From: Longimicrobiales bacterium
GTDB taxonomy: Bacteria; Gemmatimonadota; Gemmatimonadetes; Longimicrobiales; RSA9
Assembly (NCBI GenBank): GCA_041568755.1
Contig: JBFFZF010000001.1
Location: 1,033 to 65,032 of the forward strand
DNA length: 64,000 nt
Direction: 5' to 3'
Position numbers and translations under genes: made by a program. The notes under the pieces were generated by a model. The model was not told where the DNA came from, made no database searches, and saw nothing but the letters and a program-made list of their open reading frames with translations. The first letter of the stretch is position 1. Every line of letters starts with the position of its first letter. Below, one piece after another: positions 17,259 to 26,417 of this stretch.

Positions 17259-18989
17259 ATGAGCCTGATGAATCCGGGAGCCACCACCCGTTCCGCGGAC
17301 GCCGACGTCGCCGCGCGACTGGAGCGCCAGGAAGAGGAGCTGCGCGAACTGCGCGCCCGCCTGGCCGAATGGGAAGCGGCCTTCGACCGCCAGGAACGCA
17401 GACTCGCCGCCTTCGAGACCGTGTCCGGTGTACCCGTCGCGCCGCTGCACACGCCCGCAGACATCGCGGGCTGGGATTACCTGGATCGGCTCGGGTTCCC
17501 GGGTGAGTACCCGTTCACACGCGGACCGTACACATCGATGTACCGAACCCGGCTCTGGACCATGCGGCAGTTCGCCGGCTTCGGGACCGCGGAGGAGACC
17601 AACCAGCGGTACAAGTACCTGCTCGATCACGGGCAGACCGGACTGAGCGTCGCGTTCGACTTCCCCACGCTCATGGGCTACGATTCGGACCACCCGCGTT
17701 CGCTGGGCGAGGTGGGCAAATGCGGTGTGGCGATCTCGAGTCTGGCCGACATGGAGACGCTGTTCGACGGGATCCCGCTCGACCAGGTGTCCGTTTCCAT
17801 GACGATCAACGGACCCGCCATCATGCTGTTCTGTTTCTACGTGGTCGCGGCCGAGAAGCAGGGCGTGATGCCGGACCGGCTGCGCGGCACCGTGCAGAAC
17901 GACATCCTCAAGGAATACATGGCGCAGCACGCCTGGATCTATCCGGTCGAACCGGCGCTGAGTCTGATCGTCGACATGTTCGAGTGGTGCAGCCGTCACG
18001 CCCCCCGCTACAACCCGATCTCGATCAGCGGCTACCACATCCGGGAGGCCGGAGCCACGGCGGCGCAGGAGCTCGCGTTCACGCTGCGCAACGGATTCGA
18101 GTACGTCGAGCGGGGCATCGCGCGCGGTCTGGATGTCGACGACTTCGCACCCCGTCTGTCCTTCTTCTTCGACGTCCACAACGACCTCTTCGAGGAGATC
18201 GCGAAGTTCCGGGCGGCCCGCCGCATCTGGGCGCGGCACATGCGCGACGTCTACGGCGCGCAGCGGGACGAGTCGTGCCGCCTCCGCACGCACGCGCAGA
18301 CGGCGGGCGTGAGCCTCGTCGCCCAGCAGCCCGAGAACAACATCGTGCGTGTGGCCTACCAGGCGCTCGCCGCCGCGCTGGGCGGGACGCAGTCGCTGCA
18401 CACCAACTCGATGGATGAGACGCTGGCGCTGCCCACGGAGAAAGCTGTCCGCATCGCGCTCCGGACCCAGCAGATCCTGGCGTTCGAGACCGGTGTGGCG
18501 AACGTGATCGATCCGCTGGCTGGCTCCTTCTACGTGGAGTCGCTGACCGACAGGCTGGAGCAGGAGGCCGAGGAGATCTTCGCGGAGATCGAACGCTTCG
18601 GTGGTGTGGTGCAGGGGCTCGAGTCCGGCTACTTCCAGCAGGAGATCGCGCTCAGCGCACAGCGCCAGCAGCAGGCCATCGAGACGGGCGCGCAGACCGT
18701 CGTGGGCGTGAACGCGTTCACCGAGGGCAACGAGGACGCCGACATCGACATCCTGCGCATCGATGATGCGCCGGAACGGCGCCAGCGCGAGCGGCTGGCC
18801 GAACTGCGCGGCCGGCGCGATGCCGGCCGCGTGGAACGCGCGCTGACGACGCTGGAGAGCACGGCCCGCGACAGCGGCAACGTCATCGAGCCGATGCTGG
18901 AGTGCGTGCGCGCCTACTGCACGCTATTCGAGATCCGCTACGCGCTCGAGAAGGTGCATGGCGCGTACCGCGAGCCCATCTACTTCTGA
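17259..18989 (+). CDS. methylmalonyl-CoA mutase, catalytic (N-terminal) subunit without a B12 domain
   Basis: 'YPFTRGPYTSMYRTRLWTMRQFAGFGTAEETNQRYKYLL..GQTGLSVAFDFPT' is the MCM TIM-barrel signature. The protein ends before any B12-binding domain. Confidence 0.92.
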   Translation: MSLMNPGATTRSADADVAARLERQEEELRELRARLAEWEAAFDRQERRLAAFETVSGVPVAPLHTPADIAGWDYLDRLGFPGEYPFTRGPYTSMYRTRLWTMRQFAGFGTAEETNQRYKYLLDHGQTGLSVAFDFPTLMGYDSDHPRSLGEVGKCGVAISSLADMETLFDGIPLDQVSVSMTINGPAIMLFCFYVVAAEKQGVMPDRLRGTVQNDILKEYMAQHAWIYPVEPALSLIVDMFEWCSRHAPRYNPISISGYHIREAGATAAQELAFTLRNGFEYVERGIARGLDVDDFAPRLSFFFDVHNDLFEEIAKFRAARRIWARHMRDVYGAQRDESCRLRTHAQTAGVSLVAQQPENNIVRVAYQALAAALGGTQSLHTNSMDETLALPTEKAVRIALRTQQILAFETGVANVIDPLAGSFYVESLTDRLEQEAEEIFAEIERFGGVVQGLESGYFQQEIALSAQRQQQAIETGAQTVVGVNAFTEGNEDADIDILRIDDAPERRQRERLAELRGRRDAGRVERALTTLESTARDSGNVIEPMLECVRAYCTLFEIRYALEKVHGAYREPIYF

Positions 18990-19049
18990 TGGTCGTGACA
19001 TCGCAGCACGGGTCAGTCACGATCCCGTCCCGCCCTTCATCCTGACGAA

Positions 19050-20408
19050 ATGCACGAGGTCGCTTCCGAACCCGTATTGAGCCTGGTCAGCGTCCTGTGG
19101 CGGCTGGGGCTGGCTCTGTTTCTGGTGCTGGCCAACGCCTTCTTCGTGGCCGCGGAGTTCGCGCTGGTCGGAGCGCGGCGGACTCGGATCGATGCGCTGG
19201 CGCGGGCCGGCAACCGGCGCGCCCGCCACGTGGCCGCCGCGATCAGGCGCATGGACCATTACATCTCCGGAACCCAGCTGGGCATCACACTCGCATCGCT
19301 GGGACTGGGCTGGGTCGGCGAGTCGACCATCGCCGCCCTGATCATCGGCCTGTTCCAGGGCGTGCCGGCGCCGTGGGACATCATCAGCACGCACCTGGTC
19401 GCTGGTACGATCGCCTTCGCGTTCATCACGTTTCTGCACATCGTGCTGGGTGAGCTGGCGCCCAAGTCGGTCGCCCTGCTGTATCCCGAGTCGACCAGCA
19501 TGTGGCTCGCCGGCCCGCTCATCATCTTCTCGAAGGTCTTCACGCCGTTCATCCTGGTACTCAACGGCACCGCCAACCGCCTCCTGCGTGCCCTCGGCCT
19601 GCGCGCCCCCACCGAGAAGGAACGGGTCCACAGGCCGGAGGAGATCGAGATCCTGCTCAAGCAGAGTTACGAGCACGGCCTGCTCAGCGAGGAGCCGGTC
19701 GAAATGATCCGCAGCGTGTTCCATCTGTCCGAGACCAGCGCCGCAGAGGTGATGACCCCGCGCACCGAAGTCCTCGCGCTGCCCGTGGAATCAGACATGG
19801 ACAGCGCGGTGGATTTCATTCTGTCGATGGGCCACTCGCGTTACCCGGTCTACGAGGGGACGATCGACCGCATCGTGGGTGTCGTCCTGGCCCGCGACGT
19901 GTGGAAGGCGCAGCGGGAGGGCGTGACCGACCTGCGCCGCATCGTCCGCGACGTACCGTTCGTGCCGGACACCAAGTCGATCGAGCAGCTGCTCCGCGAC
20001 ATGCGCGAGGAGCAGACCCACATAGCGGTCCTGATCGACGAATTCGGCGGAACCGCGGGTATCGTCACCATCGAGGACATCGTCGAAGAGATCGTCGGCG
20101 AGATCGACGATGAGCTGGATGAAGCGGCGCCCGAGCCCATCGACCTGGAGGGCGGACGCCTCGGTCTCCATGGCAAGATGACGATCTCCGAACTCAACGA
20201 GCAGTTCGGCCTGAAACTGCCCGACGAGGACTACACGACGGTGGGCGGCTTCGTGCTGGGCCGGCTGGGCCGCGTCGCGAAGGTCGGTGACGTGATCACG
20301 ATGCCGGACGGTATTCTCAAAGTCCTGTCCATGAAAGGGCGGCGCGTCGACCGCCTGGAGCTCACCCTCAAGCGCGAGCCGCGCACGCTGCGGGCGGAAG
20401 AAGATTGA
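19050..20408 (+). CDS. CNNM/HlyC/CorC-family transporter (DUF21 + CBS pair + CorC_HlyC)
   Basis: N-terminal 4-TM DUF21 region, 'VMTPRTEV' entering the CBS pair, and 'VLIDEFGGTAGIVTIEDIVEEIVGEI'. Confidence 0.88.
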   Translation: MHEVASEPVLSLVSVLWRLGLALFLVLANAFFVAAEFALVGARRTRIDALARAGNRRARHVAAAIRRMDHYISGTQLGITLASLGLGWVGESTIAALIIGLFQGVPAPWDIISTHLVAGTIAFAFITFLHIVLGELAPKSVALLYPESTSMWLAGPLIIFSKVFTPFILVLNGTANRLLRALGLRAPTEKERVHRPEEIEILLKQSYEHGLLSEEPVEMIRSVFHLSETSAAEVMTPRTEVLALPVESDMDSAVDFILSMGHSRYPVYEGTIDRIVGVVLARDVWKAQREGVTDLRRIVRDVPFVPDTKSIEQLLRDMREEQTHIAVLIDEFGGTAGIVTIEDIVEEIVGEIDDELDEAAPEPIDLEGGRLGLHGKMTISELNEQFGLKLPDEDYTTVGGFVLGRLGRVAKVGDVITMPDGILKVLSMKGRRVDRLELTLKREPRTLRAEED

Positions 20409-21187
20409 GGTCACGCAGCGCGCCGGACGCGCCGTGGTGGCGCACCTATTTCGACGACGACTTCCTCGCCCTCCACGAGCCCCTGTTCAGCGAAGCGGAC
20501 AGCCGCAGTGAAGTGGCCGCGCTCATCGAGTTCATGGGCCTGCCCCTGGGCGCCCGCGTGCTGGACGTGCCCTGTGGCTGGGGCCGCCACACCCGCCTGC
20601 TGCGCGAAGCCGGGTTCCGGGTGACGGGGGCGGACCTGTCGCCGGCCTTGCTGACACGGGCGGCCGGCCTCGATCCGGCGGGGCCGTGGATCGCAGCCGA
20701 CGTGCGCGGCCTGCCGTTGCCGGACGCCTCCTTCGACGCCGTGATCGACGTGTGCACGAGCATCGGCCTGTTCGCCTCGGACAGGGACGAGTTGCGGGCC
20801 CTGCGCGAGCTGCGTCGCGTGCTCCCGGACGATGGGGTCCTCGTGCTCGAGTCCATGCACCGGGACGACATCGTGGCCGGGTACCGGGAGCGGGACGCCT
20901 GGTCGCTGCCGGATGGGACCCGTGTCGAGGCGGAGCGCCGGTTCGATCCGGTGACGGGGCTGAGCACGGAGGACTGGCGCTGGCACCGCGGCGGAGAGCA
21001 GGGCAGCCGATCCCACGTGTTGCGCCTGCGCACAGCCACGGAGATCGCGTCTCTGCTGCGCCGTGCCGCGTTCCGCGTCGAGCAGATCTGGGGCGACTGG
21101 GACGGCGCGCCGTTCACGCATCGTTCGCCGCGCATGATCGTGCGGGCCGCGGCGCGTCGACTTGCCAGCCGGCGTACGGCAGGGTAA
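20405..21187 (+). CDS. class I SAM-dependent methyltransferase
   Basis: 'VLDVPCGWGRHTRLL' (motif I) and 'FDAVIDVCTSIG' are present. The TTG start overlapping the upstream stop is uncertain. Confidence 0.7.
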   Translation: MRSRSAPDAPWWRTYFDDDFLALHEPLFSEADSRSEVAALIEFMGLPLGARVLDVPCGWGRHTRLLREAGFRVTGADLSPALLTRAAGLDPAGPWIAADVRGLPLPDASFDAVIDVCTSIGLFASDRDELRALRELRRVLPDDGVLVLESMHRDDIVAGYRERDAWSLPDGTRVEAERRFDPVTGLSTEDWRWHRGGEQGSRSHVLRLRTATEIASLLRRAAFRVEQIWGDWDGAPFTHRSPRMIVRAAARRLASRRTAG

Positions 21188-21240
21188 CCTGATGCTGCGC
21201 AGGACCGTTCCATCGACTCTGATCAGCACGTGACTCCCGC

Positions 21241-21669
21241 ATGAGCGAACGCAAGATCCGCATCCTCGTCGCAAAGCCGGGGCTGGACGGCCACGATCGC
21301 GGCGCCAAGGTCATCGCCAGTGCATTCCGCGACGCGGGGTTCGAGGTCATCTACACGGGGCTGCACCAGACGCCGGAGATGATCGTGAGCGCGGCGCTGC
21401 AGGAGGATGTCGATGTCGTGGCGCTGTCCATCCTGTCCGGTGCCCACATGACGCTGTTCCCGCGCGTCCTCGACCTGCTGCGTGCTGAGGGGCTGGGGCA
21501 CGTGCTGGTCATGGGCGGCGGGATCCTGCCCGAGGAAGACATCGCCGCGCTCGAAGCGGCCGGCGTCGCCAAGCTTTTCGGGCCGGGCACGCCCACCGGC
21601 GAGCCCATCGAGTTCATCCGCGAGCACTTCGCGGCCCGCGCCGACGGGCCGGCGGCACCCCGGGCCTGA
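21241..21669 (+). CDS. methylmalonyl-CoA mutase B12-binding subunit
   Basis: '[34 protein letters not shown]' carries the DxHxxG cobalamin-binding motif. Confidence 0.92.
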   Translation: MSERKIRILVAKPGLDGHDRGAKVIASAFRDAGFEVIYTGLHQTPEMIVSAALQEDVDVVALSILSGAHMTLFPRVLDLLRAEGLGHVLVMGGGILPEEDIAALEAAGVAKLFGPGTPTGEPIEFIREHFAARADGPAAPRA

Positions 21670-21680
21670 ACGGGCGACGC

Positions 21681-23315
21681 ATGCGACTCGCGCAGCTGAC
21701 CGCCGAGTACCGCACGCTCGAAGCCCGGCTCCAGGAGGGCGGCGGGTCTGCGCGCATCGAACGCCAGCACCAGCAGGGCAAGCTCACCGCACGCGAACGC
21801 ATCCGGCTGCTCGTGGATCCCGACGGCAGCTTTCTCGAAATCGGCCTGCTCGTGGCCTGGGATCAGTACGACGGCCAGGCGCCGGCCGCCGGTGTCGTCA
21901 CGGGCATCGGCACGGTGGCCGGTCGCCCCGTGGTCATCGTGGCCAACGACGCGACGGTCAAGGCCGGCTCGTGGTGGCCTGAGACGATCCGCAAGATGCT
22001 GCGCGCGCAGGAAATCGCCATGCGCTGTCGCGTGCCTATCGTGTACCTCGTCGACTCGGCCGGCGTCAACCTTCCGTACCAGGGCGGCGTGTTTCCGGGA
22101 CAGTACGGCGCCAGCCGGATCTTCTACTACAACTCGATCATGCGCCGGTACCTCGGCGTGCCGCAGATCGCGGCCGTCATGGGACCGTGCATCGCCGGCG
22201 GCGCGTACCTGCCCGCGTTGTCCGACGTGATCCTCATGGTCGAGGGCACCAGCTTCATGGGGCTGGGCGGGCCCAACCTGGTGAAGGGCGCGACCGGCCA
22301 GACGGTCGAGGCCGAGGATCTGGGCGGCGCGCACGTCCACACTGCGATCAGCGGCGTGGCCCACTACCGCGTTGCTGACGATCCGACGTGCATCGCGCGC
22401 ATCCGCGAGCTCGTGAGTGAGCTGCCCGGCAATCCCTTCCAGACGTCCGCGCCCGACAGCGCCCCGGGACGGCCGCCGGAAGATCTGTACACGCTCCTGC
22501 CGGACGATCACCGCCAGCCGTACGATGTGCGCGCGGTGCTCGCCACGATCCTGGACGACGGTCACCTGGACGAGTTCCAGGCGGACTTCGCCCGGGAGAT
22601 GCTGTGCGCGACCGCACGACTCGACGGCATCACGGTGGGCGTCATCGCGAACGAACGCGGTCTGTTCAAGGATCCGCAGGGCGGCCCGCCGCGCTTCGGT
22701 GGCATCGTGTATGCCGACAGCGCCGAGAAGACCGCCTACTTCATCGACACGATGAACCGGCACCGGACGCCGCTCCTGTTCGTGCAGGACGTGAGCGGCT
22801 TCATGGTCGGACCCGCCGCGGAGCACGCCGGCATCATCCGCGCCGGCGCCCGCTTCGTCGAGGCCATGGCCACGGCGACCGTGCCCAAGATCGTGCTCAC
22901 CGTGAACCACGCGTCAGGCGCCGGCTACTACGCGATGGCGGGACAGGGCTTCGATCCCGACTTCATCTTCACCTGGCCGACCGGCCGCATGGGCGTGATG
23001 GAAGGCGACAGCGCCGTGATGGCCCTCTTCGGTCCGCAGCTCGATGACGCGCGCAAGGCCGGCGGTGAACCCGACGGCGCGCTCCAGGAAAAGGTCGACG
23101 CAGTGCGCGCGGACTACGAAGCCCAGCTCGATGCGCGATTCGCTGCCGCGCGCGGCTTCGTCGATGCAATTCTCATCCCCGAACAGACACGCCCGGCACT
23201 CTCGCTGGCGCTGCGCACTGCGCTCAGTTACTCCGGCCCGCACCTGGGACCATGGGGCGCGTTGGCGGCAGATCCGGGCCGCAGGAACGGCGGGCAGGAG
23301 GATGGGGGGCTGTGA
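21681..23315 (+). CDS. acyl-CoA carboxylase carboxyltransferase (beta) subunit, MccB/AtuC-like
   Basis: 'GKLTARERI', 'DATVKAGSWWPETIRKMLRAQEIA' and 'VYLVDSAGVNLPYQ..FP' resemble the methylcrotonyl-/geranyl-CoA carboxylase beta type. The last ~6 codons lie in repeat-derived sequence. Confidence 0.88.
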   Translation: MRLAQLTAEYRTLEARLQEGGGSARIERQHQQGKLTARERIRLLVDPDGSFLEIGLLVAWDQYDGQAPAAGVVTGIGTVAGRPVVIVANDATVKAGSWWPETIRKMLRAQEIAMRCRVPIVYLVDSAGVNLPYQGGVFPGQYGASRIFYYNSIMRRYLGVPQIAAVMGPCIAGGAYLPALSDVILMVEGTSFMGLGGPNLVKGATGQTVEAEDLGGAHVHTAISGVAHYRVADDPTCIARIRELVSELPGNPFQTSAPDSAPGRPPEDLYTLLPDDHRQPYDVRAVLATILDDGHLDEFQADFAREMLCATARLDGITVGVIANERGLFKDPQGGPPRFGGIVYADSAEKTAYFIDTMNRHRTPLLFVQDVSGFMVGPAAEHAGIIRAGARFVEAMATATVPKIVLTVNHASGAGYYAMAGQGFDPDFIFTWPTGRMGVMEGDSAVMALFGPQLDDARKAGGEPDGALQEKVDAVRADYEAQLDARFAAARGFVDAILIPEQTRPALSLALRTALSYSGPHLGPWGALAADPGRRNGGQEDGGL

Positions 23316-23331
23316 TGAGGGATGGGGTTGC
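23297..23331 (+). repeat. inverted, imperfect copy of the 42-bp C-rich repeat unit (G-rich on the + strand)
   Basis: GGAGGATGGGGG (23297-23308) is the exact reverse complement of CCCCCATCCTCC at 23426-23437. GAGGGATGGGGTTG (23318-23331) is the reverse complement of the CAACCCCCATCCC part, minus one C. Confidence 0.7.
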
Positions 23332-23416
23332 ACGGATCACGGAATGCGGCGTGAAGGACGGCGCGCGCTGCGTTGACCGGCGGGGTGGCCGCGCTGCGGC
23401 ACCCGGACCCGTCCCG

Positions 23417-23511
23417 ACCCGCCGTCCCCCATCCTCCATCCCCAACCCCCATCCCGCTACCCGCCGTCCCCCATCCTGCATCCCCAACCTCCATCCCGCT
23501 ACCCGCCGTCC
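23417..23511 (+). repeat. 42-bp tandem direct repeat, about 2.3 copies, C-rich (CCCCATCC sub-motif)
   Basis: Unit 1 (23417-23458) and unit 2 (23459-23500) differ at 2 positions. A partial third unit occupies 23501-23511. Intergenic, between the carboxyltransferase gene and atuA-like gene. Confidence 0.9.
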
Positions 23512-23523
23512 AACGGCACCCGG

Positions 23524-24903
23524 GTGCCCCGGCAGGTCGCATTGATCCGCATTGCGTCCGGCCAGGGCTTCTGGGGCGACCTGCTGCGCGCGCCTGTCGA
23601 CCAGGTGCGCCGTGGACCCATCGACTACCTGATGCTCGACTACCTGGCCGAAGTCACGATGTCGATCCTGCAGAAGCAGCGCTCGCGCGATCCGGCGCAG
23701 GGTTACGCGCGCGACTTCGTGCCGCTCATGGGCGAGATCCTGCCCGACTGTGTCGAGAAGAACATCCGTGTGATCGCGAACGCGGGCGGCGTCAACATCG
23801 CCGGCTGTCGCGATGCCGTGCTGGCCGCGGCCCGCGCTGCGGGGCTGGGCGGCCGCGCCCGGGTAGCGGTCGTATCGGGCGATGACATCCTGGAGCGACT
23901 GGCGCAGCTGACCGCGGCCGGACATACACTCGAGAACATGGACACCGGCGAGCCGCTCGACAGCGTGCTGGACCGTGTGCTCAGCGCGAACGCCTACATC
24001 GGTGCGCGGCCCATCATCGAGGGTCTTGCGCGGGGCGCGCACGCCGTGATCACCGGGCGCTCTACCGACACCGCGCTGACCTACGCCGCCATGATCCACG
24101 CCTTCGGCTGGGCCGAGGACGACTGGGACCGGCTGGCCGCCGGCGTCGTCGCCGGCCACATCAACGAATGCGGCGCGCAGTGCACGGGCGGCAACTCGCT
24201 GGTCGGCTGGGGCAGCATCGACGATCTGGAGGATGTCGGCTTCCCGATCATCGAGGCACACGCGGACGGCACGTTCGTCGTCACCAAGCACGACGGCACG
24301 GGCGGGCGCGTGGCGCCCGCGATCGTGGCCGAGCAGATCCTGTACGAGATGGGTGATCCGTCGACGTACATCACGCCCGACGTGATCGCGGACTTCACGA
24401 CGATCCGGCTCGAGGAGGCCGGTTCGGATCGCGTACGCGTCACGGGCGTGCGCGGCCGGCCGCGCACGGAGAGCCTGAAGGTGTCCATCTCGTATCACGC
24501 GGGGTACAAGGCGGTGGGTACGCTGGTCTACAGCTGGCCGGACGCCGTGGCCAAGGCGCGCGAAGCGGATCGCGTGCTGCGCGCACGGCTGGATCGGTTG
24601 GGCCTCGCGTTCGATGAGATCCGCACGGAGTACGTCGGCTGGAACGCGACGCACGGACCCCTCGCGGGACCGCCGCCCGATCTGCCCGAGGTCGAGTGGC
24701 GCATCGGCGTGCGCAGCACCAACCGCGCCGCGGTCGAGGCCTTCACACGCGAGATCGCACCGCTCGTGCTGACCGGCCCGCCGAGTGTCACGGGTTTCGC
24801 CGGCGGCCGGTCGCGCGTGCAGGACATCGTGGCCTACTGGCCCGCGCTCATCGATCGTGACCAGATCGAACCGCACCTGCGCGTGGAAGTGACCACCGCA
24901 TGA
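23524..24903 (+). CDS. AtuA-family (DUF1446) acyclic-terpene-utilisation protein
   Basis: '[40 protein letters not shown]' is the AtuA N-terminal pattern. GTG start; a later TTG is possible. Confidence 0.8.
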   Translation: MPRQVALIRIASGQGFWGDLLRAPVDQVRRGPIDYLMLDYLAEVTMSILQKQRSRDPAQGYARDFVPLMGEILPDCVEKNIRVIANAGGVNIAGCRDAVLAAARAAGLGGRARVAVVSGDDILERLAQLTAAGHTLENMDTGEPLDSVLDRVLSANAYIGARPIIEGLARGAHAVITGRSTDTALTYAAMIHAFGWAEDDWDRLAAGVVAGHINECGAQCTGGNSLVGWGSIDDLEDVGFPIIEAHADGTFVVTKHDGTGGRVAPAIVAEQILYEMGDPSTYITPDVIADFTTIRLEEAGSDRVRVTGVRGRPRTESLKVSISYHAGYKAVGTLVYSWPDAVAKAREADRVLRARLDRLGLAFDEIRTEYVGWNATHGPLAGPPPDLPEVEWRIGVRSTNRAAVEAFTREIAPLVLTGPPSVTGFAGGRSRVQDIVAYWPALIDRDQIEPHLRVEVTTA

Positions 24904-24913
24904 GGAACGCCGC

Positions 24914-25264
24914 ATGACGAAGGTCCGCCTGTACGACCTGGCGCACGGCCGCTCCGGTGACAAGGGCGACACCGTGAACGTGGGCGTGATCGCGCGCGAT
25001 CCCGCGTTCTGGCCAGTGCTGCGCGATCAGCTGACCACGGCGCGTGTCGCCGCCCACTTCGCCGGCATGATCGCCGGCACGGTCGAGCGCTTCGAGCTGC
25101 CCAACCTGCATGCGCTCAACTTCCTGCTGCACGGCGCGCTGGATGGCGGCGGTACGGTTTCACTGATGACGGATGCACAGGGCAAGACCTTCTCGACCGC
25201 GCTGCTGCGTCTCGTGCTGGATGTGCCCGACGAGATCGCGGCCCGGGTGGAGCACCACCGGTGA
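24914..25264 (+). CDS. small AtuA-partner protein (DUF4387-like)
   Basis: GAGGAA lies 6 nt upstream of the ATG. 'YDLAHGRSGDKGDTVNVGV' corresponds to the C-terminal module that is fused to AtuA in Pseudomonas. The family name is from memory. Confidence 0.65.
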   Translation: MTKVRLYDLAHGRSGDKGDTVNVGVIARDPAFWPVLRDQLTTARVAAHFAGMIAGTVERFELPNLHALNFLLHGALDGGGTVSLMTDAQGKTFSTALLRLVLDVPDEIAARVEHHR

Positions 25265-26043
25265 ACGGTCCGGACGCGGAACGCGTTCGCACGGAGATCG
25301 ACGGCCACGTCGCCGTCCTGTCCCTCAACCGGCCGGAGAAGCGCAACGCGCTCGATGCCGCCACGATCGGTGCGCTCAAGGCGGCCATCGCGCGGTGCGA
25401 TGCCGATCCGGTCGTGCGCGTGATGCTGCTGCGCGGCGAGGGCCGGGACTTCTGCGCCGGAGCGGACCTCGAGCAGCTCGAGCGCATCGCGGCCGGTGCG
25501 AGTCGCGAGGAGAACGTCGCGGATGCCATGACGCTGGGCGGGCTCTTCATCGACATGCGCAGCGCGAGGAAACCCATCATCGCCGCCGTAAACGGCCACG
25601 CCCTCGCAGGCGGCGCGGGCCTGGCGACCGCAGCCGACCTGATCGTTGCCGCCGAGACCGCGATCTTCGGGTATCCGGAGATCCATCTCGGGTTCGTCCC
25701 CGCCATGGTGACCGCGCTGCTGAGGCGCGCGATCGGCGAGAAGGCGACGTTCGAGAAGATCGTTCTTGGCGAGCGCTTCTCCGCTGCCGACGCCGCCCGC
25801 ATCGGACTCGTCTGCCGGGTGCTGCCCGCCGCGACGTTCGACAAGGATGCCCTGGCGTTCGCCCAGGAGCTTGCAAAGCGTTCGGCGGACGCGCTGGCCC
25901 TGTGCAAGCAACTGCTTTACGGCACCGAGGGAATGAGCTTCGAGGAGGCGATCCGGCGGGGCGCAGAGATCAACGCGATCGCGCGCGAGTCGGAGGACTG
26001 TCTGGCCGGCGTGCGCGCGTTCCTGGCGCGCAAGAGCACGTGA
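25261..26043 (+). CDS. enoyl-CoA hydratase/isomerase family protein
   Basis: 'LNRPEKRNAL', 'FCAGADL', 'IAAVNGHALAGGAGLATAADLIVA' and 'GYPEIHLGF' are crotonase motifs. Confidence 0.9.
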   Translation: MNGPDAERVRTEIDGHVAVLSLNRPEKRNALDAATIGALKAAIARCDADPVVRVMLLRGEGRDFCAGADLEQLERIAAGASREENVADAMTLGGLFIDMRSARKPIIAAVNGHALAGGAGLATAADLIVAAETAIFGYPEIHLGFVPAMVTALLRRAIGEKATFEKIVLGERFSAADAARIGLVCRVLPAATFDKDALAFAQELAKRSADALALCKQLLYGTEGMSFEEAIRRGAEINAIARESEDCLAGVRAFLARKST

Positions 26044-26077
26044 AGCCGGACCGGCGGCCGGCGCCGGACCGGCACGC

Positions 26078-26335
26078 GTGCCGCAACGAAAAGGCGCAGC
26101 CAATGCGCCGCGGCGAACGATGCTGAGACCCGATCGCCGTCGGCGAGGACCGGACCCGACACTGCAGCTGCGCATGGCGATGTTCGTGCTGGGCGCGGTT
26201 GCCGGACTGACCGGGATGGCTCTCGATCAGCTCTGGCTGGTCACGATGGGCACGATCTTTCTGGCCATCGGACTGGTCATCGCGATGATCGAGCACCGGA
26301 AGCGCGAGCGGGCGCACCGCGACGCGGAGGAGTGA
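26078..26335 (+). CDS. small hypothetical 2-TM membrane protein
   Basis: Two hydrophobic helices ('MAMFVLGAVAGLTGMAL', 'LVTMGTIFLAIGLVIAMI'). No clear RBS and an uncertain start (26078, 26120 or 26174). Confidence 0.35.
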   Translation: MPQRKGAANAPRRTMLRPDRRRRGPDPTLQLRMAMFVLGAVAGLTGMALDQLWLVTMGTIFLAIGLVIAMIEHRKRERAHRDAEE

Positions 26336-26417
26336 GGCTTTTCGGCGCCGATCGGCCTCCGCCCCGCCCGTCGCGCCCCGCCATGGTTTCGCCCCGCCTT
26401 CGCCGACAGCTTCGCGC

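Noticed and set aside
23417-23511. A possible CRISPR array, suggested by the repeated 42-bp units.
   Set aside because: The units are directly contiguous with no spacers, number only about 2.3 copies, and have no cas genes anywhere in the window.
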